The notes under the pieces are model-generated. The model saw nothing but the letters and a program-made list of their open reading frames with translations. It was not told the DNA's origin and did not search any database. 64,000 nucleotides of DNA from Pseudomonadota bacterium (GTDB lineage Bacteria > Pseudomonadota > Alphaproteobacteria > Caulobacterales > Caulobacteraceae), in assembly GCA_034189955.1 (NCBI GenBank), contig JAXHTU010000002.1, forward strand, positions 2,087 to 66,086, in the 5' to 3' direction. Positions 40,930 through 50,618 of this stretch are shown here, in pieces. A program made the translations under genes and the position numbers. Position 1 is the first letter of the stretch, and each line of letters begins with the position of its first letter.

Positions 40930-43900
40930 TCAGCCGACCCCGGCGCGACGACGGGCGGACAGGAAAGCCTTCAGCGCCGCCGGTTTGACCGGCTTCGACA
41001 TCAAGGCGGCCCCGGCCGCCTCGGCCCGGCCGGGCACGGTCTCGTCGGCGTCGGCGGTGATCAGGGCGATGTGCCTGAGCCCCCGGGCGCGCAGGTCGGC
41101 GATGAGCGACAGGCCGTCGCATCCGTCGCCCAGATGCAGGTCGATGAGGGCCGCGTCGAACGGCCCCGCCAGGGCCAGCGCGGTCGCCGCGTCCGGCGCC
41201 GTGACCGGCGTCATCCCCCAGCGGCCCAGCAGGGCGGTCAGCGCCTCGAGGATGGCCGGTTCATTGTCGACGCACAGCACCCGCAGTCCGGCCAGGCCGG
41301 TTCCGGGCGGAGCCGCGGTCGCGCCGGCGTCCGCCGATGGCCGCGTCGCCTCGGCCCGGGGCGCCGAGACCGCGAAGCGGGTGCCGCGCCCGGGCGTCGA
41401 CCGCAGTTCCAGCGGATGCACCAGCAGTTCGGCGACCCGCCGGACGATGGCCAGGCCCAGTCCCGCCCCCGGCTCGTCGCCGCCCCGCGCCGGCAGACGG
41501 GTGAATTCGGTGAAGATCAGGTCCTGCTGTTCCGGCGCCACGCCCCGGCCGGTGTCGTGGATCTCGAACCGCACCATGGCGCCCGCCCGCCGCGCGCCGA
41601 CCAGCACCCCGCCGCGATCCGTATAGCGGATGGCGTTGCCGATCAGATTCTGCAGCAGCGAGCGCAGCAGGTCCCGGTCCGACGCCGCCCAGAAGCGCGA
41701 CGGGACGATGGTCAGGGTCAGGCCCTTGGCCTCGGCCATCGGCGTGAACTCGCGGCGCAGGTCGCTGAACAGGGCCTCGACCGACAGCGGCGCGACCGTC
41801 GGCCGAATCCCGCCGGCCTCCAGCCGCGACAGGTTCAACAGCGCCTTCAGCAGGCCATGGGCGCTCTCGATCGACCGGTCGGCGTTCTCCGCCAGCAGCC
41901 GCGCGCCCGGCGACCTCGACCCGTCCGGCTCGTCCTTCAGCGCGGCGATGAACAACCGCGCGGCGTGCAGCGGCTGCAGCAGGTCGTGGCTGGCCGCGGC
42001 GAGAAAGCGGGTCTTGGAGGCGACCGCGGCTTCGGCCGTCTGGCGGGCCTCGTTCAGCCGCTCGGTGCGATCGGCGACCCGCGCCTCCAGCAGCTCATTG
42101 GCCTCTTCCAGCGCCTGGGCCGCGCGGCGCAGTTCGGTGATGTCGGTATAGGAGGTGACGTATCCGCCGCCCGACATCGGCGCCCCGGTCGACTTGAGGA
42201 TGCGGCCATTGGGCTGGGCCCGCTCGTGGTCGTGGGGCTCGCGGCGACGCAACGCCTCCAGCCGGCGTTCGACCCAGGCTTCCATGTCCCCGATCTCGAC
42301 CTCTCCGCGCTCGGCGTTGAGGCGGTAGACGGCGGCGACCGGCTGGCCGACATGGACGAACCCCGCCGGCAGGTCGAACAGATCGACGTAGCGTGCATTC
42401 CAGGCGATCAGCCGCAGGTCCCCGTCGACCACGCTGACCCCCTGGTCGATGTTGTCGAGCGTGGCCTGCAGCAGTTCGCGATTGAACTGCACCGCCTGCG
42501 AGGCCTCGTCGAGCATGCGCACGACATCCTCGGGCGCGCGCCCGCCGCCGGCGAGGGCGGCCGAGATGACGCGCCGCGCCGAGGACGCCCCGACCGCCCC
42601 TGCCAGCATGCGTTCGGCCGCCCGCGCCAGGCCGGCGTCGGCCGGATCGCTGTCGCGAAAGACCTGGTTGGTCTCCCGGGCGAAGGCGTCGAACGCCCGG
42701 TTAGCCCCCGCGTCGCCCACGAACCGCGCCACCAAGGTGCGCAGATCGCCGATCGAGGCTCCCGAGGGGGCCGTGCTCTGCTCGCGCCAGTCGGGGCTGA
42801 TGCGATCGACGAAGGCGCGGGCCTGGACCCGGTCGATCAGCCGCGGGCGGACAGCGCGTGAGATCAGCACGAAGGTCAGGGTATTGGCGGCGAGGCTGAG
42901 CAGGACGCCGAGCGGCAGCGGATCGGCCAGGCCGAATGGCGTGATCAGCCCGACGCCGAGCGCGGCTCCCATCTGCGGCAGGGCGAGGAAGACCAGCCAG
43001 ATGACCGAGCCGACCACCAGGCCGGCGAAGGCGCCGGTGGCGTGTCCCCCCCGCCAGAGCACCGCCCCGAACAGCGCCGGCGCCAGCTGCGCCAGGGCGG
43101 CGAACGACGTCAGGCCGATCGAGGCGAGGCCGGACGACCGGTCGATGGCCTGGAAATACAGCCAGGCCAGAAACAGGATGACGCAGATGACGATGCGGCG
43201 GACCTGCAGGATGGCGTCCGCCATGTCCGAGGCGTCTTCGCGCGCCCGCCACCGGTCGCGCGCCAGCAGCGGCAGGATCAGGCTGTTGGAGGCCATGGCC
43301 GACAGCGCCACCGTCTCGACGATGACCATGGCCGTCGCCGCCGAGAACCCGCCGACGAAGACGACCGCCGTCAGGACCCGAGCGCCCTGCTGGAACGGAA
43401 GGCCCAGCACGAACAGATCCGGATCGCCGACATCGACGAACAGCCGTCCCGCCGCGACGATCGGCAGGACGGCGAGGCTGGTCAGCAGCAGATAGGTCGG
43501 AAAGGCCCAGCGGGCCTTGCGGATGTCGGCCGGTCCGACCGCTTCGACGAACCCCACATGGAACTGTCGCGGCAGGCAGAAGATGGCCAGGGTCGACAGC
43601 AGGGTGATGGCGATGAACCGGGCGTCGACCACCGGCGGGGCGGCGAGGTCTCCCAGCGCCGTCGCCACCGCCGCCCGGTCCGGCAGGCCCAGCAGCAGGG
43701 CCCCGGCGAAGACCGCGACGGCGATCAGGGCCGCCAGCTTGATCACCGACTCCAGCGCCACGGCCCGGATCAGACCGCGATTGTGCTCCGTCAGGTCCGG
43801 CCGGCGCGCCCCGAACAGGATGGTGAAGCCGGCCAGCACCACGGCCATCACCGCCACCGTCAGCCCCTCCGATCCGGCCACCGGGGTGCCGGCCGTCACC

Positions 43901-44340
43901 AGCTGCCAGGCCATCGACAGGGAAGTCAGCTGCAGGGCGATGTAGGGCAGGGAGCCGACGATGGCGACGCAGGCGACCAGGGCCCCCAACGACGGGCTCT
44001 TGCCGTAGCGCGAGGAGATGAAGTCGGCGATCGAGCCGATGTTCTCGCGCTTGGCGGCGGCGGCGATCCGTCGCCACAGCGGGAACAGGACGACCAGGCC
44101 GACGACCGGCCCCAGATAGATCGGCAGATAGTCCCAGCCGTCGCGCGCCGCCGTTCCGACCGCGCCGTAATAGGTCCAGGAGGTGCAGTAGATGGCCAGG
44201 CTCAGGGCATAGGCCCAGGGCCCCAGCCGGCGACCGTGCGGTCGATGGCCCACGCGCTCGCTGCGCCAGGCGACGGCGAACAGCAACGCCATATAGGCGG
44301 CGACCAGCGTCAGGATCAGCGGCGCGAACATATCCCTCAT
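40930..44340 (-). CDS. Hybrid sensor kinase with SLC5 (Na+/solute symporter)-like, STAC, PAS, HK and REC domains; CrbS/MxtR-like
   Basis: YALSLAIYCTSWTYYGAVG, SIADFISSRYGKS, FCLPRQFHV; LDNIDQGVSV; FLAAASHDLLQPL; NLIGNAIRYT, GAGLGLAI; C-terminal REC. Confidence 0.9.
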   Translation of the reverse strand: MRDMFAPLILTLVAAYMALLFAVAWRSERVGHRPHGRRLGPWAYALSLAIYCTSWTYYGAVGTAARDGWDYLPIYLGPVVGLVVLFPLWRRIAAAAKRENIGSIADFISSRYGKSPSLGALVACVAIVGSLPYIALQLTSLSMAWQLVTAGTPVAGSEGLTVAVMAVVLAGFTILFGARRPDLTEHNRGLIRAVALESVIKLAALIAVAVFAGALLLGLPDRAAVATALGDLAAPPVVDARFIAITLLSTLAIFCLPRQFHVGFVEAVGPADIRKARWAFPTYLLLTSLAVLPIVAAGRLFVDVGDPDLFVLGLPFQQGARVLTAVVFVGGFSAATAMVIVETVALSAMASNSLILPLLARDRWRAREDASDMADAILQVRRIVICVILFLAWLYFQAIDRSSGLASIGLTSFAALAQLAPALFGAVLWRGGHATGAFAGLVVGSVIWLVFLALPQMGAALGVGLITPFGLADPLPLGVLLSLAANTLTFVLISRAVRPRLIDRVQARAFVDRISPDWREQSTAPSGASIGDLRTLVARFVGDAGANRAFDAFARETNQVFRDSDPADAGLARAAERMLAGAVGASSARRVISAALAGGGRAPEDVVRMLDEASQAVQFNRELLQATLDNIDQGVSVVDGDLRLIAWNARYVDLFDLPAGFVHVGQPVAAVYRLNAERGEVEIGDMEAWVERRLEALRRREPHDHERAQPNGRILKSTGAPMSGGGYVTSYTDITELRRAAQALEEANELLEARVADRTERLNEARQTAEAAVASKTRFLAAASHDLLQPLHAARLFIAALKDEPDGSRSPGARLLAENADRSIESAHGLLKALLNLSRLEAGGIRPTVAPLSVEALFSDLRREFTPMAEAKGLTLTIVPSRFWAASDRDLLRSLLQNLIGNAIRYTDRGGVLVGARRAGAMVRFEIHDTGRGVAPEQQDLIFTEFTRLPARGGDEPGAGLGLAIVRRVAELLVHPLELRSTPGRGTRFAVSAPRAEATRPSADAGATAAPPGTGLAGLRVLCVDNEPAILEALTALLGRWGMTPVTAPDAATALALAGPFDAALIDLHLGDGCDGLSLIADLRARGLRHIALITADADETVPGRAEAAGAALMSKPVKPAALKAFLSARRRAGVG

Positions 44341-44368
44341 CTAGATCGCTCCGGCGCGACTCCCGCAA

Positions 44369-44404
44369 GAAAAAGGCGGGCCGACCGTTTCCGGTCGCCC
44401 CGCC
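44369..44404 (-). terminator. Intrinsic terminator of the MFS gene
   Basis: A-run followed by a GGCGGG..CGACC-N5-GGTCG..CCCGCC stem. Confidence 0.55.
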
Positions 44405-44431
44405 CCTCCCTCTCTCGACCCGAAAGCAGGA

Positions 44432-46105
44432 TCAGGCGTTGAGGTCGACGTCCTTGCCTTCCTTGACCAGCAGGAAGCCCAGCACCACGGTCGCGAGCGC
44501 CACCACGATGGGATACCAGAGGCCGTAGAAGATGTTGCCGGTGGCCGCGACCATGGCGAAGGCCGTGGTCGGCAGGAAGCCGCCGAACCAGCCGTTGCCG
44601 ATATGATAGGGCAGCGACATCGAGGTGTAGCGGATATTGGTCGGGAACATCTCGACCAGGGCGGCGGCGATCGGGCCGTAGACCATGGTCACATAGAAGC
44701 CGAGGATGAACAGGATCAGCACCACGACCGGCTTGTTGACCTGGTCGCTGTCCGCCGACGTGGGATAGCCCGCGGTCGCCAGGGCCGTTCCCAGTCCGGC
44801 TTCCCAGGTCTTGCGTTCCGCCGCGAACTCGGCGGCTGGCATGGCCTCGCCGCGGAAGCTGGGGATCACCACGCTGTCGCCGATGCGGACCTCGGCCACC
44901 GTCCCGGCCGGAGCCGCGACATTGGTGTAGTTGATGCCCGCCTTGGCGACATAGGATTTGGCCAGGTCGCACGACTGGTTGAACACCGTCTTGCCCACCG
45001 GGTCGAACTGCAGGTTACAGTCGGCCGGATCGGCGTAGATGGTCACCGGCTGCGATGCCGTGGCCTCGGCCAGCGCCGGGTTGGCCGCGTGGGTCAGGGC
45101 CTGGAACAGCGGGAAATAGGTCAGGGCCGCGATCAGGCAGCCGGCGAGAATGATCGGCTTGCGGCCCACCTTGTCCGACAGCCAGCCCCAGAAGACGAAG
45201 AAGGGCGACGCCAGCAGCAGGGCGATGGCCAGCAGGATGTAGACCAGCGTCGCATCGACCTTCATCACCCGCTCGAGGAAGAACAGGGCGTAGAACTGGC
45301 CGGTGTACCAGATCACCGCCTGACCGGCGGTCAGACCCACGAGGGCGATGATCACCAGCTTCAGGTTCGGCCATTTCAGGAACGAGTCCTTGAGCGGCGT
45401 CGGCGATCCCTTGCCCTCGGCCTTCATCTGTTTGAACGACGGGCTCTCGGCCAGCTTCAGGCGGATCCACAGCGACACGCCCAGCAGCAGGATCGAAACC
45501 AGGAACGGAATTCTCCAGCCCCATTCGACGAAGTTTTCCTCGCCGACGGCGAGGCGGACGCCGAGAATCACCAGCAGGCTGAGCACCAGACCGGCCGTGG
45601 CCGTGATCTGGATGAAGGAGGTGTAGAAGCCGCGCTTCCCCTTCGGCGCATGCTCGGCGACGTAGGTGGCCGCGCCGCCATATTCACCCCCCAGGGCCAG
45701 GCCCTGGATCAGGCGCATGGCGACGAGGATGATCGGCGCCGCCAGCCCGATGGCCGCATAGGAAGGCAGCAGACCGACCACGAAGGTCGAAATGCCCATC
45801 AGCATCATCGTGACCAGGAAGGTGTTCTTGCGCCCCCACAGGTCGCCCAGCCGGCCGAAGAAGACCGCGCCGAACGGGCGCACCGCGAAGCCGGCGGCGA
45901 AGGCCATCAGGGCGAAAATATAGCCCGTCGTCTCGTTCACGCCGGAGAAGAACTGGGCCGTGATGATCGCCGCGAGGGAACCGTACAGGTAGAAATCGTA
46001 CCACTCGATCACCGTTCCGACGGAGGATGCGAGGATGACGAGCCTGTCGTTCTTGTCGATCGTGTGGTCCGGTTCGACCGGGGCGCCGATGGCGCTGTCT
46101 GTCAT
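44432..46105 (-). CDS. MHS-family MFS transporter (metabolite:H+ symporter), probably for a monocarboxylate
   Basis: SSVGTVIEWYDFYLYG, FGRLGDLWGRK, QGLALGGEYGGAATYVAE, WGWRIPF, LSDKVGRK. Confidence 0.9.
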   Translation of the reverse strand: MTDSAIGAPVEPDHTIDKNDRLVILASSVGTVIEWYDFYLYGSLAAIITAQFFSGVNETTGYIFALMAFAAGFAVRPFGAVFFGRLGDLWGRKNTFLVTMMLMGISTFVVGLLPSYAAIGLAAPIILVAMRLIQGLALGGEYGGAATYVAEHAPKGKRGFYTSFIQITATAGLVLSLLVILGVRLAVGEENFVEWGWRIPFLVSILLLGVSLWIRLKLAESPSFKQMKAEGKGSPTPLKDSFLKWPNLKLVIIALVGLTAGQAVIWYTGQFYALFFLERVMKVDATLVYILLAIALLLASPFFVFWGWLSDKVGRKPIILAGCLIAALTYFPLFQALTHAANPALAEATASQPVTIYADPADCNLQFDPVGKTVFNQSCDLAKSYVAKAGINYTNVAAPAGTVAEVRIGDSVVIPSFRGEAMPAAEFAAERKTWEAGLGTALATAGYPTSADSDQVNKPVVVLILFILGFYVTMVYGPIAAALVEMFPTNIRYTSMSLPYHIGNGWFGGFLPTTAFAMVAATGNIFYGLWYPIVVALATVVLGFLLVKEGKDVDLNA

Positions 46106-46205
46106 TGTAAGCCTCCCAAGCTCGCCGTTTTCGGCTGTTTTGCGCATGCGTCGCCCGTGCGACGATCGCCGCGACTGTGTCAGCACGCCGCAGGCTTGGA
46201 GAGAG

Positions 46206-46219
46206 CGACTTTGGTCGAA
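46206..46219. promoter_or_regulatory. Second copy of the candidate CrbR-type site, upstream of the MFS gene
   Basis: CGACTTTGGTCGAA is the reverse complement of TTCGACCAAAGTCG. Confidence 0.65.
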
Positions 46220-46372
46220 GGAGCCCCGCGCCGTCTGGGCCCGCGAATGATCGGCGAGTCGCGCCGACATCCCGTCGCCGCAAGCCTGTCGGCGAATTAA
46301 TCCACCTGTCCAGCTTGTAACTGGAGGCCTTGACCGGTCATCGGCACGGTCCGGCGAACGGGAGAGGAACCT

Positions 46373-48460
46373 ATGACGAAGACCATCTGGCTGGCGACCG
46401 CCGCCGTCTCGCTGCTGGCCGTTCCGGTCATGGCGCAGACCTCTCCGAACCCCGACGGCGTCGCGCAGGTCCCGGTCCCGACCGGGCCCGCCCGGTCGGC
46501 GCCGGCCGTCGATGCGGCCCAGCAGGGCGTGCTCGTGTTCGAGCCGGCCTTCTTCGCCGACTCCCGCCCCGACACCGCGCTGGACATGATCTCCCGCCTG
46601 CCCGGCTTCGGCCTCGACACCGGCGACACCGGCTCGCGGGGCTTCGCCGGCGCGGCCGGCAATGTGCTGATCGACGGCGACCGGCCCTCGTCCAAGAGCG
46701 ACGGCCTCGACCAGGTGCTGCGCCGCATCTCCGCCGCCAGCGTCGAGCGCATCGAGTTGATCCGCGGCGGCGCCCCGGGCATCGACATGCAGGGCCGCTC
46801 GGTCATCGCCAACGTCGTCCTGCGCCGCACCGTCACCGTCGAGCGGGTGCTGGAATTCAACAGCTACCTCTATCCCGACGGCTACGTCGGTCCGATCCTC
46901 GCCGGCCAGTACTCACGGCGCGAGGGCGACACTTCCATCGAGGGTTCGATCAGCGCCACGACCGATCGCACCGACGGCACCGGCGACGGCTACCGCCGCC
47001 GTTACGACCCGTCCGGGGCGCTGATCCAGGACGCCGACCTGATCCTGTGGGACCGGTTCCGCAACGTCCGCGCCACCGGCGCCGTCCAGCGCCCCTTCGC
47101 CGGCGGCCGCCTGCGCGCCAACGGGTTGCTCAGCTGGTTCGGCCGCGAGAACACCCAGGACCTGCTGATCCGCTCGGGCCCCGGGATCGACAGCTTCAAC
47201 GACGAGGAATCGGACTCCCTCGAGGGCGAACTGGGTCTGAACTGGACCCGCGACCTGTCGGCCCGCACCGGCATCGAACTGGTCGGCCTGCAGCGCTGGT
47301 CCTCCGAGGACTATACCGGCGTGTCCGAAAGCGGCGGCGACAGCTCGACCTTCACCTCGGACGCCACGGCCGGCGAAACCATCGGCCGCGCCGTGCTGCG
47401 CTTCCGTCCCAACGACCGGTGGGCCTTCGAAACCGGCGCCGAGGTCGCTTACAATGTTCTCGACAGCGCCACCGCCTATGAGGAGAACGGCGTCGCCATC
47501 CCCCTGCCCTCGGCCTCGGTCAAGGTCGAGGAACTGCGCGGCGAGGCCTTCGGCCAGGCCACCTGGCGGCCCGACGCCAAACTGACCCTCGAGGCCGGCC
47601 TGCGCGTCGAGGTCTCGGAAATCAGCCAGTCCGGCGACAGCGACCAGAGCAAATCCTTCGTCTATCCCAAACCCCGTCTGCAACTGACCTGGACGCCCTG
47701 GTCCGGCCACCAGTTCCGTTTCCGTGCGGAGCGGGAGGTGGGGCAGCTGGACTTCGGCGATTTCGTCGCCTCGGCCGATATCGACATCGGCCAGGTCGAG
47801 GGCGGCAATCCCGAGCTCGAACCCGAGAAAACCACCCTGCTGGAAGCCGTCTACGAGCGGCGCTTCTGGGGCGAGGGCGTGCTGGAGCTGTCGGCCCAGC
47901 ACGGCGAGGTCGAGGACGTCGTCGACCTGATCCCCCTGACCGGCGGCTTCGACGGCGTCGGCAATATCGGCGACGGTTCGTTCGACCAGTACCAGGTCCG
48001 CCTGACCCTGCCGATGGACCGGCTGGGCCTCCCCAACGCCCGGCTGCAGACCCGCGCCAGCTGGGTCAGCACCGAGGTGACCGACCCCCTGACCGGCGAG
48101 ACCCGCCGCTTCCAGGGCAACCAGGCCTTCGGCTGCGGCGTCAATTTCAACCACGACCTGCAGGGCGGGAAATATTCGTACGGCTTCGACCACGGCTGCA
48201 ATGTCGACAAGGGCCGGGCCTTCCGCGTCCGGGAGGTCCGCGCCTTCTACAATGAGGCCTTCGTCACCCTGTACGGCCAGTGGAAGCCCACGTCCGACAC
48301 CACCCTCCGGGTCGACCTCGGCAACGCCACCGATCGGGAGCAGGGCTACGACCGCGCCATCTACGCCGGCCCGCGCGACGTCTCCCCGCTGGCCTACCGC
48401 GAGGTGCGCCGCACGAAGATGAGCCCGTGGCTGTTCGTGCAGCTGCGCAAGAATTTCTGA
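46373..48460 (+). CDS. TonB-dependent outer-membrane receptor
   Basis: Signal peptide; plug TALDMISRLPGF..NVLIDG..VERIELIRGG; GNPELEPE; terminal LRKNF. Confidence 0.88.
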   Translation: MTKTIWLATAAVSLLAVPVMAQTSPNPDGVAQVPVPTGPARSAPAVDAAQQGVLVFEPAFFADSRPDTALDMISRLPGFGLDTGDTGSRGFAGAAGNVLIDGDRPSSKSDGLDQVLRRISAASVERIELIRGGAPGIDMQGRSVIANVVLRRTVTVERVLEFNSYLYPDGYVGPILAGQYSRREGDTSIEGSISATTDRTDGTGDGYRRRYDPSGALIQDADLILWDRFRNVRATGAVQRPFAGGRLRANGLLSWFGRENTQDLLIRSGPGIDSFNDEESDSLEGELGLNWTRDLSARTGIELVGLQRWSSEDYTGVSESGGDSSTFTSDATAGETIGRAVLRFRPNDRWAFETGAEVAYNVLDSATAYEENGVAIPLPSASVKVEELRGEAFGQATWRPDAKLTLEAGLRVEVSEISQSGDSDQSKSFVYPKPRLQLTWTPWSGHQFRFRAEREVGQLDFGDFVASADIDIGQVEGGNPELEPEKTTLLEAVYERRFWGEGVLELSAQHGEVEDVVDLIPLTGGFDGVGNIGDGSFDQYQVRLTLPMDRLGLPNARLQTRASWVSTEVTDPLTGETRRFQGNQAFGCGVNFNHDLQGGKYSYGFDHGCNVDKGRAFRVREVRAFYNEAFVTLYGQWKPTSDTTLRVDLGNATDREQGYDRAIYAGPRDVSPLAYREVRRTKMSPWLFVQLRKNF

Positions 48461-48565
48461 GCGGCCGCAGGGAATTCGAAGACGCCGGAAGAGGGAATTC
48501 GAGGACACGGAAGAGCGACGCGGGAGACATGCGCTACTCGCGCGCCTGACAGTCGGGGATCGAGC

Positions 48566-48599
48566 AAAAAAAAGGGCGGAGCCGCGAGGCTCCGCCCTT
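48566..48599 (-). terminator. Intrinsic terminator of the POT transporter
   Basis: A8 followed by the GGGCGGAGCC-GCGA-GGCTCCGCCC hairpin. Confidence 0.8.
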
Positions 48600-48619
48600 C
48601 TGATTGACAGCCGAGGGTT

Positions 48620-50464
48620 TCAGTGAATCCCGGCCATGCCCTTCTTGAGCACGGGCGACAGAACCAGCAGCAACACACCGACGCCGACGCCGGTCCAGCC
48701 GATGGTCCCGAAGATGGAGCCATAGGTTTCCAGCGCGAGGGCGGGGTTGGTGACCACGCCGGCCACGGTTCCGGTCGCCGTCGCCTTGGCGATCAGACCC
48801 GCCGCGATGTGCGCCACGGAACTGGACAGGAACCAGACGCCCATCATCATCCCGACCACCCGGTCCACCGAAAGCTTGGTGATCATGGACAGGCCGACCG
48901 GCGACAGACACAGCTCCCCGAGGGTGTGCAGGAAGTAGGTGAAGAACAGGAACAGCAGCGGCACGCGGAAATCGACGTTGGCCGCATTGGCCGCCGCCCA
49001 AGCCAGCAGCAGGAAGCCCGCGCCCACGAACACCAGGCCGAAGGAGAACTTCACCGGCGTCGACGGTTCGCGGTTGCGCTTCCCGAGCCAGACCCACAGG
49101 GCGGCGATGACCGGACCGCCCAGCACGATGATGCCCGGGTTGAACATCTGGGTCATGGCCGCATTGAACCAGCCCGGCATTTCGGTCGACTGGTCCGCGA
49201 ACAGGGTCAGGGACGAACCGGCCTGCTCGAACAGGGCCCAGAACAGCACCGAGAAGAAGATCAGCACGAGGGCGACCAGCATGCGGGTCCGCTCGGCGCC
49301 CCTGAGCTGGATCAGGGTGTAGCCGACCACGGAGACGAAGATCACGCCGGCGAGCCACGGCAGGGCCGTCTCGATCAGTTCGTGCCGCTGCATCAGCAGC
49401 CATACCGGAAGCACGGCGATCAGGCCGCCGATCCAGAAGATGATCTCGAACGGCAGACCCAGCACGCTGCGGCGCTTGAGCACCTCGGGCCGCGGCGGGG
49501 CCCCACGTCCCTCCAGCCAGGACTGGCCGAGGATGAAGGTGACCAGACCCAGCGCCATGCCGATCCCGGCCAGACCGAAGCCATAGGCCCAGCCGTACCG
49601 GATGCCGAGATAGGAGCAGGCGGCGGTCGCGAGGAAGGAGCCGAGATTGATGCCGACATAGAAGATGGTGAAGCCGCCGTCGCGCCGCGGGTCGTTCTCG
49701 TCATAGAGGTGACCGACCACGGTCGAGATATTGGCTTTCAGGAAGCCGACGCCGACGATGATCAGCGACAGCGCGAGGAACAGAATCGGCTCGCCGCCCA
49801 TGTCCCGCTCGGTCCGCAGCGAATATTCGCCGGGACCGACCGAGGCCGGGAAGCCCGCGACCGTCGCGGCGGCGGGAGCGGCGGCGGTCGCCGGGTCCAG
49901 GGCGCCGGTCGGGGTCGCGCCCGTGGTCGCCTCCGCCACGGCGATGGCGCCCGCGTCGGCCGCGTTGGCCGCCGAGGGTTCCGCGCCGACGGTCGAGACG
50001 CCCTCGGGCGTGATGGCGACCTGAACCCGCTGGTCGCCGTTCACCGCGAAGATCTGGCGATTCTGGTCGCGGCCCTCGACCTCGAGCCGGTACTCGGTAC
50101 CGCCGACCGTGAGATACTCACGCGCGCCGGTGCCCTCGAAGGCCATGGTGAAGTGGCCCGCCACCAGCAGGACGGCGCCGATGATCACGGCCTTGCGCGA
50201 TCCCAGATATTTGTCGGCCAGCAGTCCGCCGATCACCGGCATCAGATAGACCAGCGCGGCGTAGGCGGCGTAGATGCCTTGGGCCTCGGCCGGTCCGAAC
50301 AGGAAATGCTGGGTGAGGTAGAGCACCAGAAGCGCTCGCATGCCGTAGTAGGAGAAACGCTCCCACATCTCGGTGAAGAACAGGATCACCAGACCCCGGG
50401 GATGTCCCAAAAACGTCTTTCGGGGCCCCGATGTAAGCGCCCCTCCTGCGTCCGTCGTACTCAA
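48620..50464 (-). CDS. Proton-dependent oligopeptide transporter (POT/PTR2); likely TTG start
   Basis: FLGHPRGL, FFTEMWERFSYYGMR, GGLLADKYLG, GFLKANIS, FYVGINLGS, GELCLSPVGLS. Confidence 0.92.
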   Translation of the reverse strand: MSTTDAGGALTSGPRKTFLGHPRGLVILFFTEMWERFSYYGMRALLVLYLTQHFLFGPAEAQGIYAAYAALVYLMPVIGGLLADKYLGSRKAVIIGAVLLVAGHFTMAFEGTGAREYLTVGGTEYRLEVEGRDQNRQIFAVNGDQRVQVAITPEGVSTVGAEPSAANAADAGAIAVAEATTGATPTGALDPATAAAPAAATVAGFPASVGPGEYSLRTERDMGGEPILFLALSLIIVGVGFLKANISTVVGHLYDENDPRRDGGFTIFYVGINLGSFLATAACSYLGIRYGWAYGFGLAGIGMALGLVTFILGQSWLEGRGAPPRPEVLKRRSVLGLPFEIIFWIGGLIAVLPVWLLMQRHELIETALPWLAGVIFVSVVGYTLIQLRGAERTRMLVALVLIFFSVLFWALFEQAGSSLTLFADQSTEMPGWFNAAMTQMFNPGIIVLGGPVIAALWVWLGKRNREPSTPVKFSFGLVFVGAGFLLLAWAAANAANVDFRVPLLFLFFTYFLHTLGELCLSPVGLSMITKLSVDRVVGMMMGVWFLSSSVAHIAAGLIAKATATGTVAGVVTNPALALETYGSIFGTIGWTGVGVGVLLLVLSPVLKKGMAGIH

Positions 50465-50618
50465 CGGCTCACTCCCAAATTGCTGCGCCCCACCTGACGC
50501 GCGACGGCATAAGCAGCACGACGGGCAAACCCGGACAAGTCTTAAGGGTAAATTGGCTGTTAGGTGGCGAAGCGTGGCCGGGCGCGGCAGGATGCTCCAA
50601 ACAGGCGGGGACTGATTC

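Noticed and set aside
50465-50618. Cobalamin riboswitch upstream of the class III ABC system
   Set aside because: Conserved B12-box elements were not found
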